A stretch of 64,000 nt of DNA, taken from Terriglobia bacterium. GTDB taxonomy: Bacteria > Acidobacteriota > Terriglobia > UBA7540. Location of the stretch: positions 1,205-65,204 of the forward strand of contig JBEKHR010000029.1 in NCBI GenBank assembly GCA_050012175.1, read 5' to 3'. The first letter of the stretch is position 1, and each line of letters starts with the position of its first letter. The notes beneath the pieces are model-generated. The model did no database searches. It had not been told where the DNA came from and was given only the letters and a program-made list of their open reading frames with translations. Both the position numbers and the translations under genes were made by a program. Shown one piece after another: positions 26,815-37,418 of this stretch.

Positions 26815-29800
26815 TTACTTTGCCGGAACCGGTTCCGAACCCGGACTGATCTCGCGACCCCGGGAGAACCGTCTTGCCAGGCGACCGAACCAGAGATAAA
26901 TGACCGGGGTTGTGTAAAGCGTGAGTAACTGGCTCAAAAGTAGTCCTCCGACGATAGTAATGCCCAAAGGCCGGCGCAGTTCTGAGCCGGTGCCGGTGCC
27001 GAGCGCCAGCGGCACGCCGCCGAGCAGCGCCGCCATGGTCGTCATCATGATGGGGCGGAAACGCAGGAGACAGGCTTGGTAGATGGCATTGACCGGCGTC
27101 ATGCCTTCCTTGCGCTCCGCTTCCAGCGCGAAATTGATCATCATGATGGCGTTCTTCTGCACGATACCGATGAGTAGGATGATGCCGATCAACGCGATGA
27201 CGCTGAAATCGTTACCGCAGACCGAGAGAGCCAGCAACGCACCGACACCCGCCGAAGGCAGCGTGGACAGGATAGTGACGGGATGAATGTAGCTTTCATA
27301 CAAGACGCCCAAGACGATGTAGACCGTAACGATCGCCGCCAGAATCAGCAGCAGCTCGTTCGCCAACGATGCCTGGAATGCCTGGGCCATACCCTGAAAC
27401 GCCGCCTGAATACTGGGCGGCAGGCCGATCTCGTCCTTTACTTTGTTCACGGCTTTGACGGCACCCCCCAGCGACGCGTTCGGAGCCAGATTGAAAGAGA
27501 GAGTAACTACCGGAAACTGACCTTGGTGGTTCACGGTGATAGGAGCGTTCATCTCCTCCACGCGAGTGAAGGCGGCCAGCGGCACCTGGCCTCCGTTGGG
27601 AAATTTCGCAGAAGATGCAATCGGTCCCCCGCCGAAGGCGCTTTTCGAGGCGAGGGCGGAGGAGCTGGCGGAAGATGACGTGGTAGACGATAGACTCGTG
27701 TTTGCAGCGGTCAATGAGCTCGTCGGTCCGTACAATTGGTTTGCAGCGGTCCCGCCCGCAACCAGGCCCGAGGAACCGCTCGAGCCTCCAGCGTTAGTCC
27801 GTATGAATAGATGACGGAGGTCCAAAGGGTTATCCTGAAAATCGGGTTTCACTTCCAAAACCACGTGGTATTGGTTCAACTGGGTAAAAATGGTCGACAC
27901 TTCCCGCTGGCCGTAGGCGTCGTAGAGCGTTTGGTCGATGGCCGAGGGTGTGATGCCGAGGCGGTAGGCCGTTTGGCGATCGAACACCAGCCTGGCCCGA
28001 AGGCCGCCTACCTGCTGATCGCTTGCCACATCGCGTAGCTCCGGCAACGCCTTTAGCCTTTCGAGTATTCGGGGTGCGAAGGCATTCAACTCGTCCGCGC
28101 TCGGATCTTCGAGCGTGTATTGGAACTGCGTACGGCTTACCCGGTCCTCGACCGTAATATCCTGCACCGGTTGCATGAACAGGGTGATACCTGGCACCCT
28201 TGCCAGTTCCGGCTGCAAGCGGCGAATGACGTCGCTGGCGCTTATCTTGCGGACTTCGAGCGGCTTGAGGTTGATGAGAATGCGCCCGCTATTCAGGGTG
28301 GTGTTGGTGCCATCGATGCCGATGAACGATGAAAGACTCTCGACAGCGCGGTCTTTCAAGATGACTTTCGCCAACTCTTGCTGCTCGCTGGCCATTTCCG
28401 GGAAGGACACCGTCTGAGCTGCCTCGGAGACACCTTGGATAACACCCGTGTCCTGAATCGGGAAAAACCCTTTCGGAATGACGGTATAGAGCAGCACGGT
28501 CAGGCCAAGAGTGCCGATTGCGACCAGCAGAGTTTCGAACTGATGGCGGAGCACCCACTGGAGGGTTCTGTCATAAAGGGCGAGTACCGAATTCCATCCG
28601 CGTTCCGTCGCGCGATAGATTCGCGACTGCTTTTCCTCGGGTTGTTGCTTCAACAACTTGGAGCACATCATCGGTGTCAAAGTCAGCGAAACGACGGCGG
28701 AGACCAGGATGGTAACGGCCAGGGTGACGGCAAATTCTCGGAAGAGCCGGCCGACAATATCCCCCATGAACAGCAGCGGGATGAGACCGGCAATCAGGGA
28801 GATGGTGAGTGAGACGATCGTAAAGGCAATTTGTTTGGACCCTTTGAGCGCCGCTTGCAGCGCCGGCTCGCCTTCTTCGATGTAACGGGTAATGTTCTCG
28901 ATCATTACGATCGCGTCGTCGACGACGAAACCGGTGGAAATGGTCAAGGCCATCAGCGTTAAGTTGTTCAGGCTGTAGCCGAGCACATACATCACCCCGA
29001 AGGTGCCGACCAAGGAGAGCGGAACGGCGACACTGGGGATGACGGTGGCGGAAAGATTGCGCAGGAACAGGAAGATAACCATCACAACTAACACTACCGT
29101 CAGCATCAACGAGAACTGCACGTCCCTCACCGATGCCCGAATGGTATTGGTCCTGTCGGTCAAGATGCTGACGTGAACCGATGAGGGCAGGGACGAGGTG
29201 AGCTGCGGCAGCAGTGTCTTGATGCGATCGGCGACAGTGATGATGTTCGCGCCCGGCTGCCGCTTAATGTTGACAATGACGCCAGGAGCATCGTTCATCC
29301 AGGCCGCTTGGTGAACGTTTTCAGCGTCGTCGGCGACCGTGGCGACATCAGTCAATTTGACGGGAGAGCCGTTCCGGAACGCGATGATGAGCGGAGCATA
29401 GTCGCTGCTGGAGAGCAACTGGTCGTTGGCGCCGATCTGGTACGACTGGTGGGGGCCGTCAAAGTTGCCTTTCGCCTGGTTGACGTTGGCGGCGACGATG
29501 GCGCTGCGGAGATCCTCCAGGTTGAGGCCGTAAGATGCCAGCAAGGTGGGATTCGCCCGAATCCGAACGGCGGGTTTCTGCCCGCCGCTGATACTGACCA
29601 GACCGACGCCGGCCAATTGCGAAATCTTGGGCGCCAACCTGGTGTCGGCGAGGTCCTCGACCTTGGAAAGCGGGAGGTCTTTTGAGGTCAGCGCCAGCGT
29701 CAGGATCGGCGCATCGGCCGGATTGCTCTTGCTATAGATCGGTGGGGTCGGAAGGTCCGGGGGAAGGTAGGTTCCGGAAGCATTGATCGACTGCTGCACT

Positions 29801-30120
29801 TCCTGCTCTGCCACGTCGATGTTAAGGCTGAGGTTGAACTGCAAGGTGATGACCGAGCAACCGTCGGAACTAGTGGAGGTCATCTGCTGGAGTCCCGGGA
29901 CTTGGCCGAACTGCCGCTCCAGCGGAGCGGTCACCGAAGACGCCATCACGTCAGGGCTTGCACCGGGATAGAACGTAATCACTTGAATGGTGGGATAATC
30001 CACCTCTGGTAGCGCCGATACCGGTAACCCCTTATATGCAACTGCGCCCGCCAGCAGGATGGCCACCATCAGCAGGGAGGTGGCTACGGGCCGGAGAATA
30101 AATGTCCGTGAGGGGCTCAT
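26815..30120 (-). CDS. mdtB: RND multidrug efflux permease, MdtB-like, with an unusual low-complexity periplasmic insertion
   Basis: 1101 aa. N-terminal [17 protein letters not shown], plus [12 protein letters not shown]. Directly follows the adaptor gene with a 0-nt gap. Confidence 0.88.
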   Translation of the reverse strand: MSPSRTFILRPVATSLLMVAILLAGAVAYKGLPVSALPEVDYPTIQVITFYPGASPDVMASSVTAPLERQFGQVPGLQQMTSTSSDGCSVITLQFNLSLNIDVAEQEVQQSINASGTYLPPDLPTPPIYSKSNPADAPILTLALTSKDLPLSKVEDLADTRLAPKISQLAGVGLVSISGGQKPAVRIRANPTLLASYGLNLEDLRSAIVAANVNQAKGNFDGPHQSYQIGANDQLLSSSDYAPLIIAFRNGSPVKLTDVATVADDAENVHQAAWMNDAPGVIVNIKRQPGANIITVADRIKTLLPQLTSSLPSSVHVSILTDRTNTIRASVRDVQFSLMLTVVLVVMVIFLFLRNLSATVIPSVAVPLSLVGTFGVMYVLGYSLNNLTLMALTISTGFVVDDAIVMIENITRYIEEGEPALQAALKGSKQIAFTIVSLTISLIAGLIPLLFMGDIVGRLFREFAVTLAVTILVSAVVSLTLTPMMCSKLLKQQPEEKQSRIYRATERGWNSVLALYDRTLQWVLRHQFETLLVAIGTLGLTVLLYTVIPKGFFPIQDTGVIQGVSEAAQTVSFPEMASEQQELAKVILKDRAVESLSSFIGIDGTNTTLNSGRILINLKPLEVRKISASDVIRRLQPELARVPGITLFMQPVQDITVEDRVSRTQFQYTLEDPSADELNAFAPRILERLKALPELRDVASDQQVGGLRARLVFDRQTAYRLGITPSAIDQTLYDAYGQREVSTIFTQLNQYHVVLEVKPDFQDNPLDLRHLFIRTNAGGSSGSSGLVAGGTAANQLYGPTSSLTAANTSLSSTTSSSASSSALASKSAFGGGPIASSAKFPNGGQVPLAAFTRVEEMNAPITVNHQGQFPVVTLSFNLAPNASLGGAVKAVNKVKDEIGLPPSIQAAFQGMAQAFQASLANELLLILAAIVTVYIVLGVLYESYIHPVTILSTLPSAGVGALLALSVCGNDFSVIALIGIILLIGIVQKNAIMMINFALEAERKEGMTPVNAIYQACLLRFRPIMMTTMAALLGGVPLALGTGTGSELRRPLGITIVGGLLLSQLLTLYTTPVIYLWFGRLARRFSRGREISPGSEPVPAK

Positions 30121-31359
30121 TTAGCTTCCCTTCTGGGCCTTTTCGTCGTACATCTGCACCCTGACCTTACTCCCTTCTTGGAGTTTGTCGACGCCGGTCA
30201 TGACGATGACATCGCCAGGGGAAAGACCAGAGAGGACCTCGGAGTCATAGCCTTCCGTCGTGCCTATAGTTATCTGACGGACGGTCGCCGTTGAATCTGG
30301 TTTCACTAGGAACACATAAGTTGTTTGCGAGTTGCGCTGCACAGCGGCTGTGGGCACCAGCGTCACCTCGTGCTTCTCCTCGACCAGCAATCGGGCGTTG
30401 ACGAACTGATTGGGGAACAGCGCCCCGTCCCGATTGTCGAAGTTCGCGCGCAATTTGACGGTGCCGGTTTCCGGGTCGATCTGATTATCTATCGTTGACA
30501 ACCACCCTTGGGCAATTTTTGTCTTCATTTCCCGATCATAGGCTTCCACCTTTAACCGCGCCCCCGCATGCATCTTGGCGAGGATGGCGGGAAGCTGGTC
30601 CTCGGGAAGAGTGAAAATCACGGTGATGGGTTCGACCTGCGTGATGACGACTAGTCCAGTAGAGTCGTTCGCCGTCACGTAATTTCCAGGATCGACGAGC
30701 CGAAGGCCCACGCGGCCCGTAATCGGGGCGGTGATATGGCAATAGACAAGATCAAGTTTGGCGATATCAATCAGCGCTTGATCCGTTTGCACGATTCCCT
30801 CGTCCTGCTTGACCGTGGCTTCCTGCGTCGCCAGTTGCTGTTCTGGAACGGCTTTCAGGGGGGTCAGGATCTGGTAGCGCTTCAAATCCACCTTCGCGTT
30901 CTCCAGGTTGGCTTCATCTCTGGCGAATCCCGCTTGGGCCTGCTCCAGCATGACTTGATATGGCCGTGGATCAATTTCCGCCAGCGAATCGCCCTTACGA
31001 ACGGTCTGGCCTTCCTTATACAATACCTGCATCAGATATCCGGAGATTTGACTCTTGATGGTGACCGTATAGATCGGGGTCACCGCACCCAGGCCCGTAT
31101 AATAGACGCCGATGTCGCCCTTTCGAGTTTTCGCCGCGACCACGGGCACGCTTGGTAACCTGAGATTCGCCCCCTGTGCGGCGGTCGTCGCTTGCGGGGC
31201 TACCATCCCCTTCCGCACGCGGTACCCGCCGTAGCCCAAAACCGCGAGCGCCAGCAACCAAACCCACCAACGGCGCTTCGGCTCCTTCCCCGGGAGTCCG
31301 GGCGAAATGCCTGGTCGAACCTGGACTTCATTTCTTTCTATCGTCGTACGCGTGCTCAT
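30121..31359 (-). CDS. mdtA: RND efflux periplasmic adaptor (membrane fusion protein), MdtA-like
   Basis: N-terminal TM, then lipoyl/hairpin/beta-barrel pattern (ISGYLMQVLYKEGQTVRKGDSLAEIDPRPYQ..., ITAPITGRVGL). It is the first gene of the operon. Confidence 0.88.
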   Translation of the reverse strand: MSTRTTIERNEVQVRPGISPGLPGKEPKRRWWVWLLALAVLGYGGYRVRKGMVAPQATTAAQGANLRLPSVPVVAAKTRKGDIGVYYTGLGAVTPIYTVTIKSQISGYLMQVLYKEGQTVRKGDSLAEIDPRPYQVMLEQAQAGFARDEANLENAKVDLKRYQILTPLKAVPEQQLATQEATVKQDEGIVQTDQALIDIAKLDLVYCHITAPITGRVGLRLVDPGNYVTANDSTGLVVITQVEPITVIFTLPEDQLPAILAKMHAGARLKVEAYDREMKTKIAQGWLSTIDNQIDPETGTVKLRANFDNRDGALFPNQFVNARLLVEEKHEVTLVPTAAVQRNSQTTYVFLVKPDSTATVRQITIGTTEGYDSEVLSGLSPGDVIVMTGVDKLQEGSKVRVQMYDEKAQKGS

Positions 31360-31935
31360 GTTTCTATCCTTATTCGATGGTTAAACCGCAGCAAAATGAC
31401 GGCTGCCATACCCGTCGAAATCAGCGGAGTTATTTCGGCCAAACCTGAAGGCCAGCAATGGTCATCTGGATTGTCTGAAGACCTTCTACGACTGACCCCT
31501 TCCGAGTTCGGGTAAGCCCCTGCTCCTTCTGTAAACCGCTCAGCTATTGGGGCTTGGAGGCTGCCTGACAGCTTTGTGTCAAAGTCCTTCCTTCCCCCGA
31601 GTCGCGGCCGCGCGCCAAGCCACTCATTGATGAGCGTCACCCTATTAATGGACGGCCGAAACGGCGGCTTGGTTACGAACGCCGTTAGCCGACAATGTTT
31701 TAGCACCGAAAGAGGCGTGAGGGTGGCCAGACAGTCTCTTTGTGGTCGACCCCCCGCAGGCAAAATGAACAAGCCAACACCACGGGGTGGCTCACCGCCC
31801 TGCCCTATACCGTACGGTACAGGGCCCTGCCCGGCGGACAGCTTGGGAAAGGAGGTGCTTCGCGTTGGTGGTCGATTAACTGGTTGCACAGGAATCTCAA
31901 GATAACCGAGTCCCGATTTGAAGGTCAACCATAAT

Positions 31936-32155
31936 ACAGGATTCAGGAGTCAGGATTCAGGATTCAGGGAAGCGCGGTGGTGGTGTTTGTCCGATTCCTG
32001 ATGGGAAGGACAGGATTCAAGATACAGGATTCACGATTCGGGGAACTGCGCTGGTGGTGCTTCCCTGGTTCCTGGGGGAAGGACAGGATTTGGGATTCAG
32101 GCAAGTGCGATTGTGGTTTTTCCCTGAATCCCGAATCCTGACTCCTGAATCCTGT
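31936..32155. repeat. 35-bp inverted heptad arms (GGATTCA units) enclosing about three degenerate ~55-70-bp tandem units
   Basis: Left arm ACAGGATTCAGGAGTCAGGATTCAGGATTCAGGGA (31936-31970). The right arm (32121-32155) matches the reverse complement of the left arm at 34/35 positions. The inner units each contain G(A/C)GCG...GTGGTG...TTCCTG...GGGAAGGACAGGATT. Confidence 0.7.
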
Positions 32156-32364
32156 CTCACCAGCGGCCTGAAAGGGAGGCCCACGCGCGAGAAAACATGG
32201 GGACAGCGCGCGCGCGGATGCTAGAATGGCTTCTTTCAGCAGCATGGTGGATTGGCGGCGCCCGCACGAAGGCACGGTTTCTTTGGGTTGGAATCGGGGC
32301 AACTTGCCACCCGCTTTTCCTGTCAGTCCACTTTCGACCATCGACTGTCGACTTGGTTGCTTTC

Positions 32365-35300
32365 ATGTTGAAGCTCAACTCGGAACAGCTCCAGGCGGTT
32401 GAACACCACGATGGGCCGCTGCTCGTCATTGCGGGCCCGGGAAGCGGCAAGACACGAGTCATCACGCAACGTATTGTCCATTTGCTCGAGCACGCCCCCG
32501 GACTCGAACCGCAAAACATTCTGGCCTTAACCTTCACGGAGAAGGCTGCCGGAGAGATGAAGTACCGTGTAGGCCAGGCCCTGCCTGACCTCGCCACCTT
32601 CCCACACGTCTCCACTTTTCACGCCTTCGCTTACGAAGTCATCTGCAACCAAGGGGCGGATCATGACGTAACCCCTCAGTCTCGGGTGGCAACGCACGTA
32701 GCGCCGGTCCCGCGCACGGCGGGACCGGCACCTGCCGCCCTAAAGGGCGGCGCTACACCACCTGAGACCGAGGGATCACATCATCAGCAGGCCGGGGAGC
32801 GCATGTTGCTGGACAAGGAGGATGTGTGGGTTTTCCTCAGGCAACGCATGGAGCAACTCCAGCTCGAGTTCTACCAAAAGCTGGCTGAGCCCGGGGCCTT
32901 CCTACACGCCCTGAGTGAGTTCTTCTCTCGTTGCCAGGACGAGCTCATCGAGCCGGAGGACTTCGAGAAATATGCCCAAGAGGCTGAAAGAACTTTTCTG
33001 GAGAATGCCGCCAGGCTGAAGCCCGAGGAGCGCACCCTCGAAGACGAGGAGATTCAAAAGAAAAAGGAGTTGTCGCGGGTCTTCCGCAACAGCCGCCGGC
33101 TGATCGAGCGGGCGGGTAGTTCCAGTCTTGGCAGCCTGATTCCAGAGGCAGTGCACCTGTTCGACCGCCGTGCGGAAATCCTCCAGCGTTACCGCGCGCA
33201 ATTCCGTTTTGTCCTGGTCGATGAGTTTCAGGACACCAACTACGCCCAGTTGGAGCTGCTCAAGCGGCTGGTGGCGCCACCCTTCAACATTACCGCCGTC
33301 GGCGACGACGACCAGGCCATCTACCGCTTCCGTGGCGCCTCACACGGCGCCTTCGACATGTTTGGGCAAGTATTCCCAGGACACCGGACCATCTTTTTGA
33401 ATCGCAATTACCGCTCCACCGAGCGCGTGCTGCGGGTTGCCGATGTGGTCATCAAGAGGAATGAGGACCGATATCCTTCCAAGCCGGAGCTGAAACCTGA
33501 GCGCGAAGAAGGCTGCCCAGTTTATCTGCTGGGCAGCCCGGACTATGTGAGCGAGGCGAATTGGGTTGCCGGAGAAATACAGCGGCTCGTGGCTAAGGGC
33601 TCTTCGTATCGCGACATTGCCGTCCTGTACCGGGCGCATAACTATCGCGACCGACTCGTGGAGGAATTTCAGCGCCGGGGCATACCGTTCGCTATTCGTG
33701 GCCTTTCGGTTCTTTCCACAGTGATTATTCGGGACCTCTTCGCCTACCTTAACTTGGTCCTTTCCCCCCACGACAATATCAGCCTGACGCGGGTACTCCT
33801 GGTGCCGCGATGGAACTTTCGGGAAGAAGTCGCCCTGCAAGTCCGGGTGGAAGCAGAGAAGCAGCGCTGCTCGCTTTATGACGTCCTCACCTCCTGGGAA
33901 AAGGGTCCGAACCCTACCCTCCTCCGAACCACCCACTGGGAGGCCTTGAAACGGCTTCTCCACGACTTGCACTGGGCGGCGCAAAACGGGACGGTAACGA
34001 CGCTGTTCAAGCTCCTCCGCGAGCGGCTCCAACTGCAATCGTTTCTTGGCGAGCGTGACCTGGGGTATGTAAATGCTTTCGAGGGATTCCTCCGGGAGTG
34101 GGAGGAAAAGATCTCGAAATTCCCGCCGCTGGCCGGGCCGGAGTGGGAGGATGCAGGCGCGGAAAAGAAGCCCAGGAAGAATCTGCGCGAATTCATTTAT
34201 TACTTCCGGCATTACCTCGAGGCGGGAGGAAAGATTGAAGCGCCTGACCTGGGAGAACGTGCCGACGCCGTCCAGATGATGAGCGTGCACGCTGCCAAGG
34301 GGCTGGAGTTTCCCGTCGTCTTCCTGCTCAGCGTGGCCTCACGCCGTTTTCCGGCCACGGAGCGCAGGGCCGTCATCGAGTTCCCTGACGAACTTCGCAA
34401 GGGGCCTCTGCCGCCGCAGAATATTCACATGCAAGAGGAACGCCGGCTGTTCTTTGTGGCCCTCACGCGCGCCAAGGACCGCCTCTACGTATCCAGCGTG
34501 GCTGCGCCGGGGAAGAAGCCGTCAAAATTCATCGATGACTTGCTCGCCGACCGGGTGGTTGAGGCTCGGGACATCGAGCGCCTCCAGGCGAAGGAAGTCA
34601 CACAACTCCCCGCCCCGGCTATTCAACTGCCACGTGCCGAAGAGCATAGTCCTCAGCGAAGACTATTCGGGGAGATAGCCGAGGCGGCCGGGGTTCATCC
34701 TCCGATTGCGGAATGGGCCGCGCGCGAACCTGAAATCAAGCCGGGGGAAAAACTGCGCCTGAGCGCTTCGTCGATTGAGGATTACGAGGACTGCCCGCTG
34801 AAGTTCAAGTTCGGCCATTACCTCAAAATCCCCACAGGTCCACAGGCCGCCCTCACCTTTGGAAATATCATGCACCGCTCGGTAAGGCACTATTTCGAGT
34901 TGCGGGCCAAGGGAGAAGCAAACTTCGAGGCCGTAAAGAGGTTTTACGAGTTGTCGTGGAGGAAGACCGAGTTCGAGGACGAATACCAGGAGCAAGCCTA
35001 CAAGCAAGCGGGGCTGGAGCAATTGCGCGCCTTCGTGGAAAAGCAGGAAAGCAGTGAAACGCTGCCCCTGAGCATGGAAAGCTCCTTCTCACTGGACCTG
35101 GGCGAAGTATGGTTGCAAGGCCGCATTGACCAGATTAGTCCCCTGGCCCCGCACACGCGGGAGGGCGAGCGCGCCGTCGAACTGGTTGACTACAAGACCG
35201 GCAAGCCCCGCTCGCAGAAGGATGCCGACAAGAGCTTGCAGCTCTCCGTTTACGCCCTGGCCGCGCAGGAACAAATGAAGCTGAGACCGGTGCGCTTGAC

Positions 35301-35490
35301 GTTTTATTGCCTCACCAACAACGAGCCTGTCCACACCGTCAGGACCGAACAGGACCTTAAAGCCGTCAAGACTGAGATCCTGACGGTAGCCGGCCGGATC
35401 CGCCAGAACCATTTCCCCGCTGCGCCCGGTTTTGTGTGTAAGTTCTGCGATTACCAGCCCATCTGTCCTGCGCACGAGGAGAACTTCTAG
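32365..35490 (+). CDS. UvrD/PcrA-type superfamily-1 helicase fused to a C-terminal PD-(D/E)xK nuclease with a Cas4/AddB-type Fe-S cluster
   Basis: Start at [30 protein letters not shown] (motif I). Also [41 protein letters not shown] and [17 protein letters not shown]. The nuclease part has ...[10 protein letters not shown]...GRIDQI...[11 protein letters not shown]...QLSVYALA...[11 protein letters not shown]. Confidence 0.88.
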   Translation: MLKLNSEQLQAVEHHDGPLLVIAGPGSGKTRVITQRIVHLLEHAPGLEPQNILALTFTEKAAGEMKYRVGQALPDLATFPHVSTFHAFAYEVICNQGADHDVTPQSRVATHVAPVPRTAGPAPAALKGGATPPETEGSHHQQAGERMLLDKEDVWVFLRQRMEQLQLEFYQKLAEPGAFLHALSEFFSRCQDELIEPEDFEKYAQEAERTFLENAARLKPEERTLEDEEIQKKKELSRVFRNSRRLIERAGSSSLGSLIPEAVHLFDRRAEILQRYRAQFRFVLVDEFQDTNYAQLELLKRLVAPPFNITAVGDDDQAIYRFRGASHGAFDMFGQVFPGHRTIFLNRNYRSTERVLRVADVVIKRNEDRYPSKPELKPEREEGCPVYLLGSPDYVSEANWVAGEIQRLVAKGSSYRDIAVLYRAHNYRDRLVEEFQRRGIPFAIRGLSVLSTVIIRDLFAYLNLVLSPHDNISLTRVLLVPRWNFREEVALQVRVEAEKQRCSLYDVLTSWEKGPNPTLLRTTHWEALKRLLHDLHWAAQNGTVTTLFKLLRERLQLQSFLGERDLGYVNAFEGFLREWEEKISKFPPLAGPEWEDAGAEKKPRKNLREFIYYFRHYLEAGGKIEAPDLGERADAVQMMSVHAAKGLEFPVVFLLSVASRRFPATERRAVIEFPDELRKGPLPPQNIHMQEERRLFFVALTRAKDRLYVSSVAAPGKKPSKFIDDLLADRVVEARDIERLQAKEVTQLPAPAIQLPRAEEHSPQRRLFGEIAEAAGVHPPIAEWAAREPEIKPGEKLRLSASSIEDYEDCPLKFKFGHYLKIPTGPQAALTFGNIMHRSVRHYFELRAKGEANFEAVKRFYELSWRKTEFEDEYQEQAYKQAGLEQLRAFVEKQESSETLPLSMESSFSLDLGEVWLQGRIDQISPLAPHTREGERAVELVDYKTGKPRSQKDADKSLQLSVYALAAQEQMKLRPVRLTFYCLTNNEPVHTVRTEQDLKAVKTEILTVAGRIRQNHFPAAPGFVCKFCDYQPICPAHEENF
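32673..32774. repeat. 102-nt nested palindrome embedded in frame in the helicase gene
   Basis: Outer arms CCCTCAGTCTCGGGTGG (32673-32689) and CCACCTGAGACCGAGGG (32758-32774), matching at 15/17. Inner GTAGCGC...GCGCTAC (32698-32756) encloses a 10-bp hairpin (32704-32728) and a 7-bp hairpin (32734-32751). Confidence 0.7.
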
Positions 35491-35509
35491 AAACACTGAG
35501 GTGAACCAA

Positions 35510-37027
35510 ATGAACGCAATTTTACTGCTCGTGATCGGTATTGTGTTGGGAATTGTGGTCGGCTGGCTGTGGGTGACAGTTCGCTCAAAGGCCGAACTCG
35601 CAAAAGCACAAATAGAAGCGGAGGGGCGCGTCAAAGCGGCAGAAAGCACCTTGAGCGAGGTGCGGGTGCAACTCAACGCGCTCCAGACTTCGTTGGACGC
35701 CAAAGAGAAGGAGATTTCAGGCCTTCAGCAATTGCTGCGCGGAGAAGGCGAGCAAAAGGTGAAGGCACAGACAGAAGTGGAGCAGTTGAAGGGCACGCTG
35801 GAAGACCTTGATGCCTTGCGCGGCCGGATAAAGATAGAAGGCGAACTCCGTGTTGCAGCGGAGACCAAACTCGAGGAAGCGCAGGCGAGCCTCGAAGAAC
35901 AGAAGAAGTTGTTGGAAGACGCCAAGAAAGACCTGGTGGATACGTTTCAAGCGTTGTCCGCTGAAGCGCTCAAGAGCAACAACCAAGCGTTTATCACTCT
36001 GGCCAGGAGCACCTTCGAGACCATTCAAGCCCGTGCGAAAGGAGACCTCGAGACGCGCCAGCAGGCCATCGACGCGCTGGTGGCTCCTTTGAGGGAATCC
36101 CTCACCCGTTATGAGAAGCAGATCCAGGAGATGGAGAAGGCCCGTCAAAGCGCTTACGGCACGCTCGAAGAGCAACTCCGCACCCTGGCCACCACCAACC
36201 AGCAATTGCAGGAAAAGACCTCAGCCCTGACGATTACACTCAAGGGAGGACCCCAGGTACGCGGCCGTTGGGGGGAAATGACCCTTCGGAATGTGGTCGA
36301 GTTGGCGGGCATGTCGAAGCATTGCGATTTCACCGAGCAGGAAACCTTCTCGTCCGAGTCAGGCCGGCTCCGCCCCGACATGATCGTGAGATTGCCCGGC
36401 AACCGACGTATTGCAGTGGATGCCAAGGTGTCGCTACAGGCGTTCCTCGAGGCCTCCGCCGCCGCCAAGGACGAAGAGCGAAAAACGGCGCTCGACAAGC
36501 ATGCCCAAAACGTTCGTGCATATATGAATCAGTTGGCCAGTCGAAGTTATTGGGAGCAGTTGGAGCCGGCCCCGGAGTTTGTGGTCCTGTTTCTTCCCGG
36601 CGAGTCATTCTTCAGCGCGGCGCTGGAACAGGATCGCACACTGATTGAAGACGGAATGCAGAAGCGGGTGGTGTTGGCCACTCCCACGACGCTTATTGCC
36701 TTGCTTCGCGCCGTGGCGTATGGGTGGAGGCAGGAGCAAATCGCCGAGAATGCTCGCCTCATCAGCGAACTGGGCAAGGAACTCTACGACCGCATTCGGC
36801 CCTTCGTTTCTCACTTCCAAGGGATTGGATCAGCTCTCCAGAAGGCCGTCGATACTTACAATAAGGCGGCGGGTTCACTGGAAGGACGGGTCCTGCCCTC
36901 CGCCAGGAAGCTAAAAGAACTTGGCGCGACCGCAGGCGATGAGATCCCTGAGATTGAGCCGGTGGATGAGGCGCCCCGGGCGCTGACCGCAGCCGAGCGC
37001 GACGCGGCTGAGAATAGCAGTTCCTAG
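35510..37027 (+). CDS. rmuC: DNA recombination protein RmuC
   Basis: ATG at 35510 preceded by GAGGTG. N-terminal TM ([17 protein letters not shown]), a long coiled coil, then the conserved C-terminal region ([22 protein letters not shown]...[17 protein letters not shown]...[16 protein letters not shown]). Confidence 0.88.
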   Translation: MNAILLLVIGIVLGIVVGWLWVTVRSKAELAKAQIEAEGRVKAAESTLSEVRVQLNALQTSLDAKEKEISGLQQLLRGEGEQKVKAQTEVEQLKGTLEDLDALRGRIKIEGELRVAAETKLEEAQASLEEQKKLLEDAKKDLVDTFQALSAEALKSNNQAFITLARSTFETIQARAKGDLETRQQAIDALVAPLRESLTRYEKQIQEMEKARQSAYGTLEEQLRTLATTNQQLQEKTSALTITLKGGPQVRGRWGEMTLRNVVELAGMSKHCDFTEQETFSSESGRLRPDMIVRLPGNRRIAVDAKVSLQAFLEASAAAKDEERKTALDKHAQNVRAYMNQLASRSYWEQLEPAPEFVVLFLPGESFFSAALEQDRTLIEDGMQKRVVLATPTTLIALLRAVAYGWRQEQIAENARLISELGKELYDRIRPFVSHFQGIGSALQKAVDTYNKAAGSLEGRVLPSARKLKELGATAGDEIPEIEPVDEAPRALTAAERDAAENSSS

Positions 37028-37030
37028 TCG

Positions 37031-37078
37031 ACCCGCCGCGGCGGGTCAGCTCTCAGCTATCAGCCGTCAGCTTTCAGC
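37031..37078. repeat. 16-bp perfect palindrome followed by an NTCAGCN heptad tract, right after the rmuC stop
   Basis: ACCCGCCGCGGCGGGT (37031-37046; an identical 16-mer is at 8831-8846), then GTCAGCTCTCAGCTATCAGCCGTCAGCTTTCAGC. The unit family is the same as at 12628-12691. Confidence 0.65.
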
Positions 37079-37108
37079 GCTTGAAAAATCGGGGCTAGGC
37101 GCTGGGCC

Positions 37109-37234
37109 AATTCTGAATAGTGAGTAGTAAATTCTGAATTGTGAATTGAGGAAGTGCAGCAGTCAGACGCCTTGGGCGCGGGGCGCAAAGCCAGTTCGGC
37201 GTCCCCAATTCACCATTCACTATTCACAATTCTG
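37109..37234. repeat. inverted heptad arms (GTGAATN units) around a GC-rich hairpin
   Basis: Left: AATTCTGAATAGTGAGTAGTAAATTCTGAATTGTGAATTGAGG. Right: CCCCAATTCACCATTCACTATTCACAATTCTG. The central part contains GACGCC...GGCGTC. Confidence 0.6.
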
Positions 37235-37254
37235 CCAAGAGAAAATGGCCCCCT

Positions 37255-37289
37255 AAAAAAACTTCGGGGATGCATCGCTGCATCCCCGA
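37255..37289 (-). terminator. intrinsic (rho-independent) terminator of the micro-ORF unit
   Basis: On the minus strand: UCGGGGAUGCAGCGAUGCAUCCCCGA (stem 37264-37289) followed by AGUUUUUUU (U-run 37255-37261). Confidence 0.65.
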
Positions 37290-37316
37290 TAGTTCCTTTC
37301 GGATTTGTTGAAGAGC

Positions 37317-37352
37317 TTACCTCTTCTTCTTGGCTTTCTTTTTCGCTGCCAT
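37317..37352 (-). CDS. 11-codon Lys-rich micro-ORF (MAAKKKAKKKR); the unit may alternatively act as an sRNA
   Basis: ATG at 37352-37350 is preceded by GGAGGAG at a 6-nt spacing. TAA at 37319-37317. An in-frame stop lies 10 codons upstream. The ORF sits between a near-consensus promoter and a strong terminator. Confidence 0.3.
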   Translation of the reverse strand: MAAKKKAKKKR

Positions 37353-37418
37353 TCTATTCTCCTCCAGACTTCTTGAATCTCACGCCAGCGTTGCTGGCGG
37401 AGCGCGTATTCAATCTCA

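Noticed and set aside
31356-31928. 190-aa minus-strand ORF upstream of mdtA, and the possibility that the region encodes RNase P RNA or tmRNA
   Set aside because: The translation is Arg/Pro/Gly-rich and not protein-like. The RNase P-like strings lack the GAGGAAAGUCCGGGC box and are in the wrong order and spacing. A tmRNA reading would run into the mdtA coding region. I kept it only as an unexplained non-coding region in the findings.
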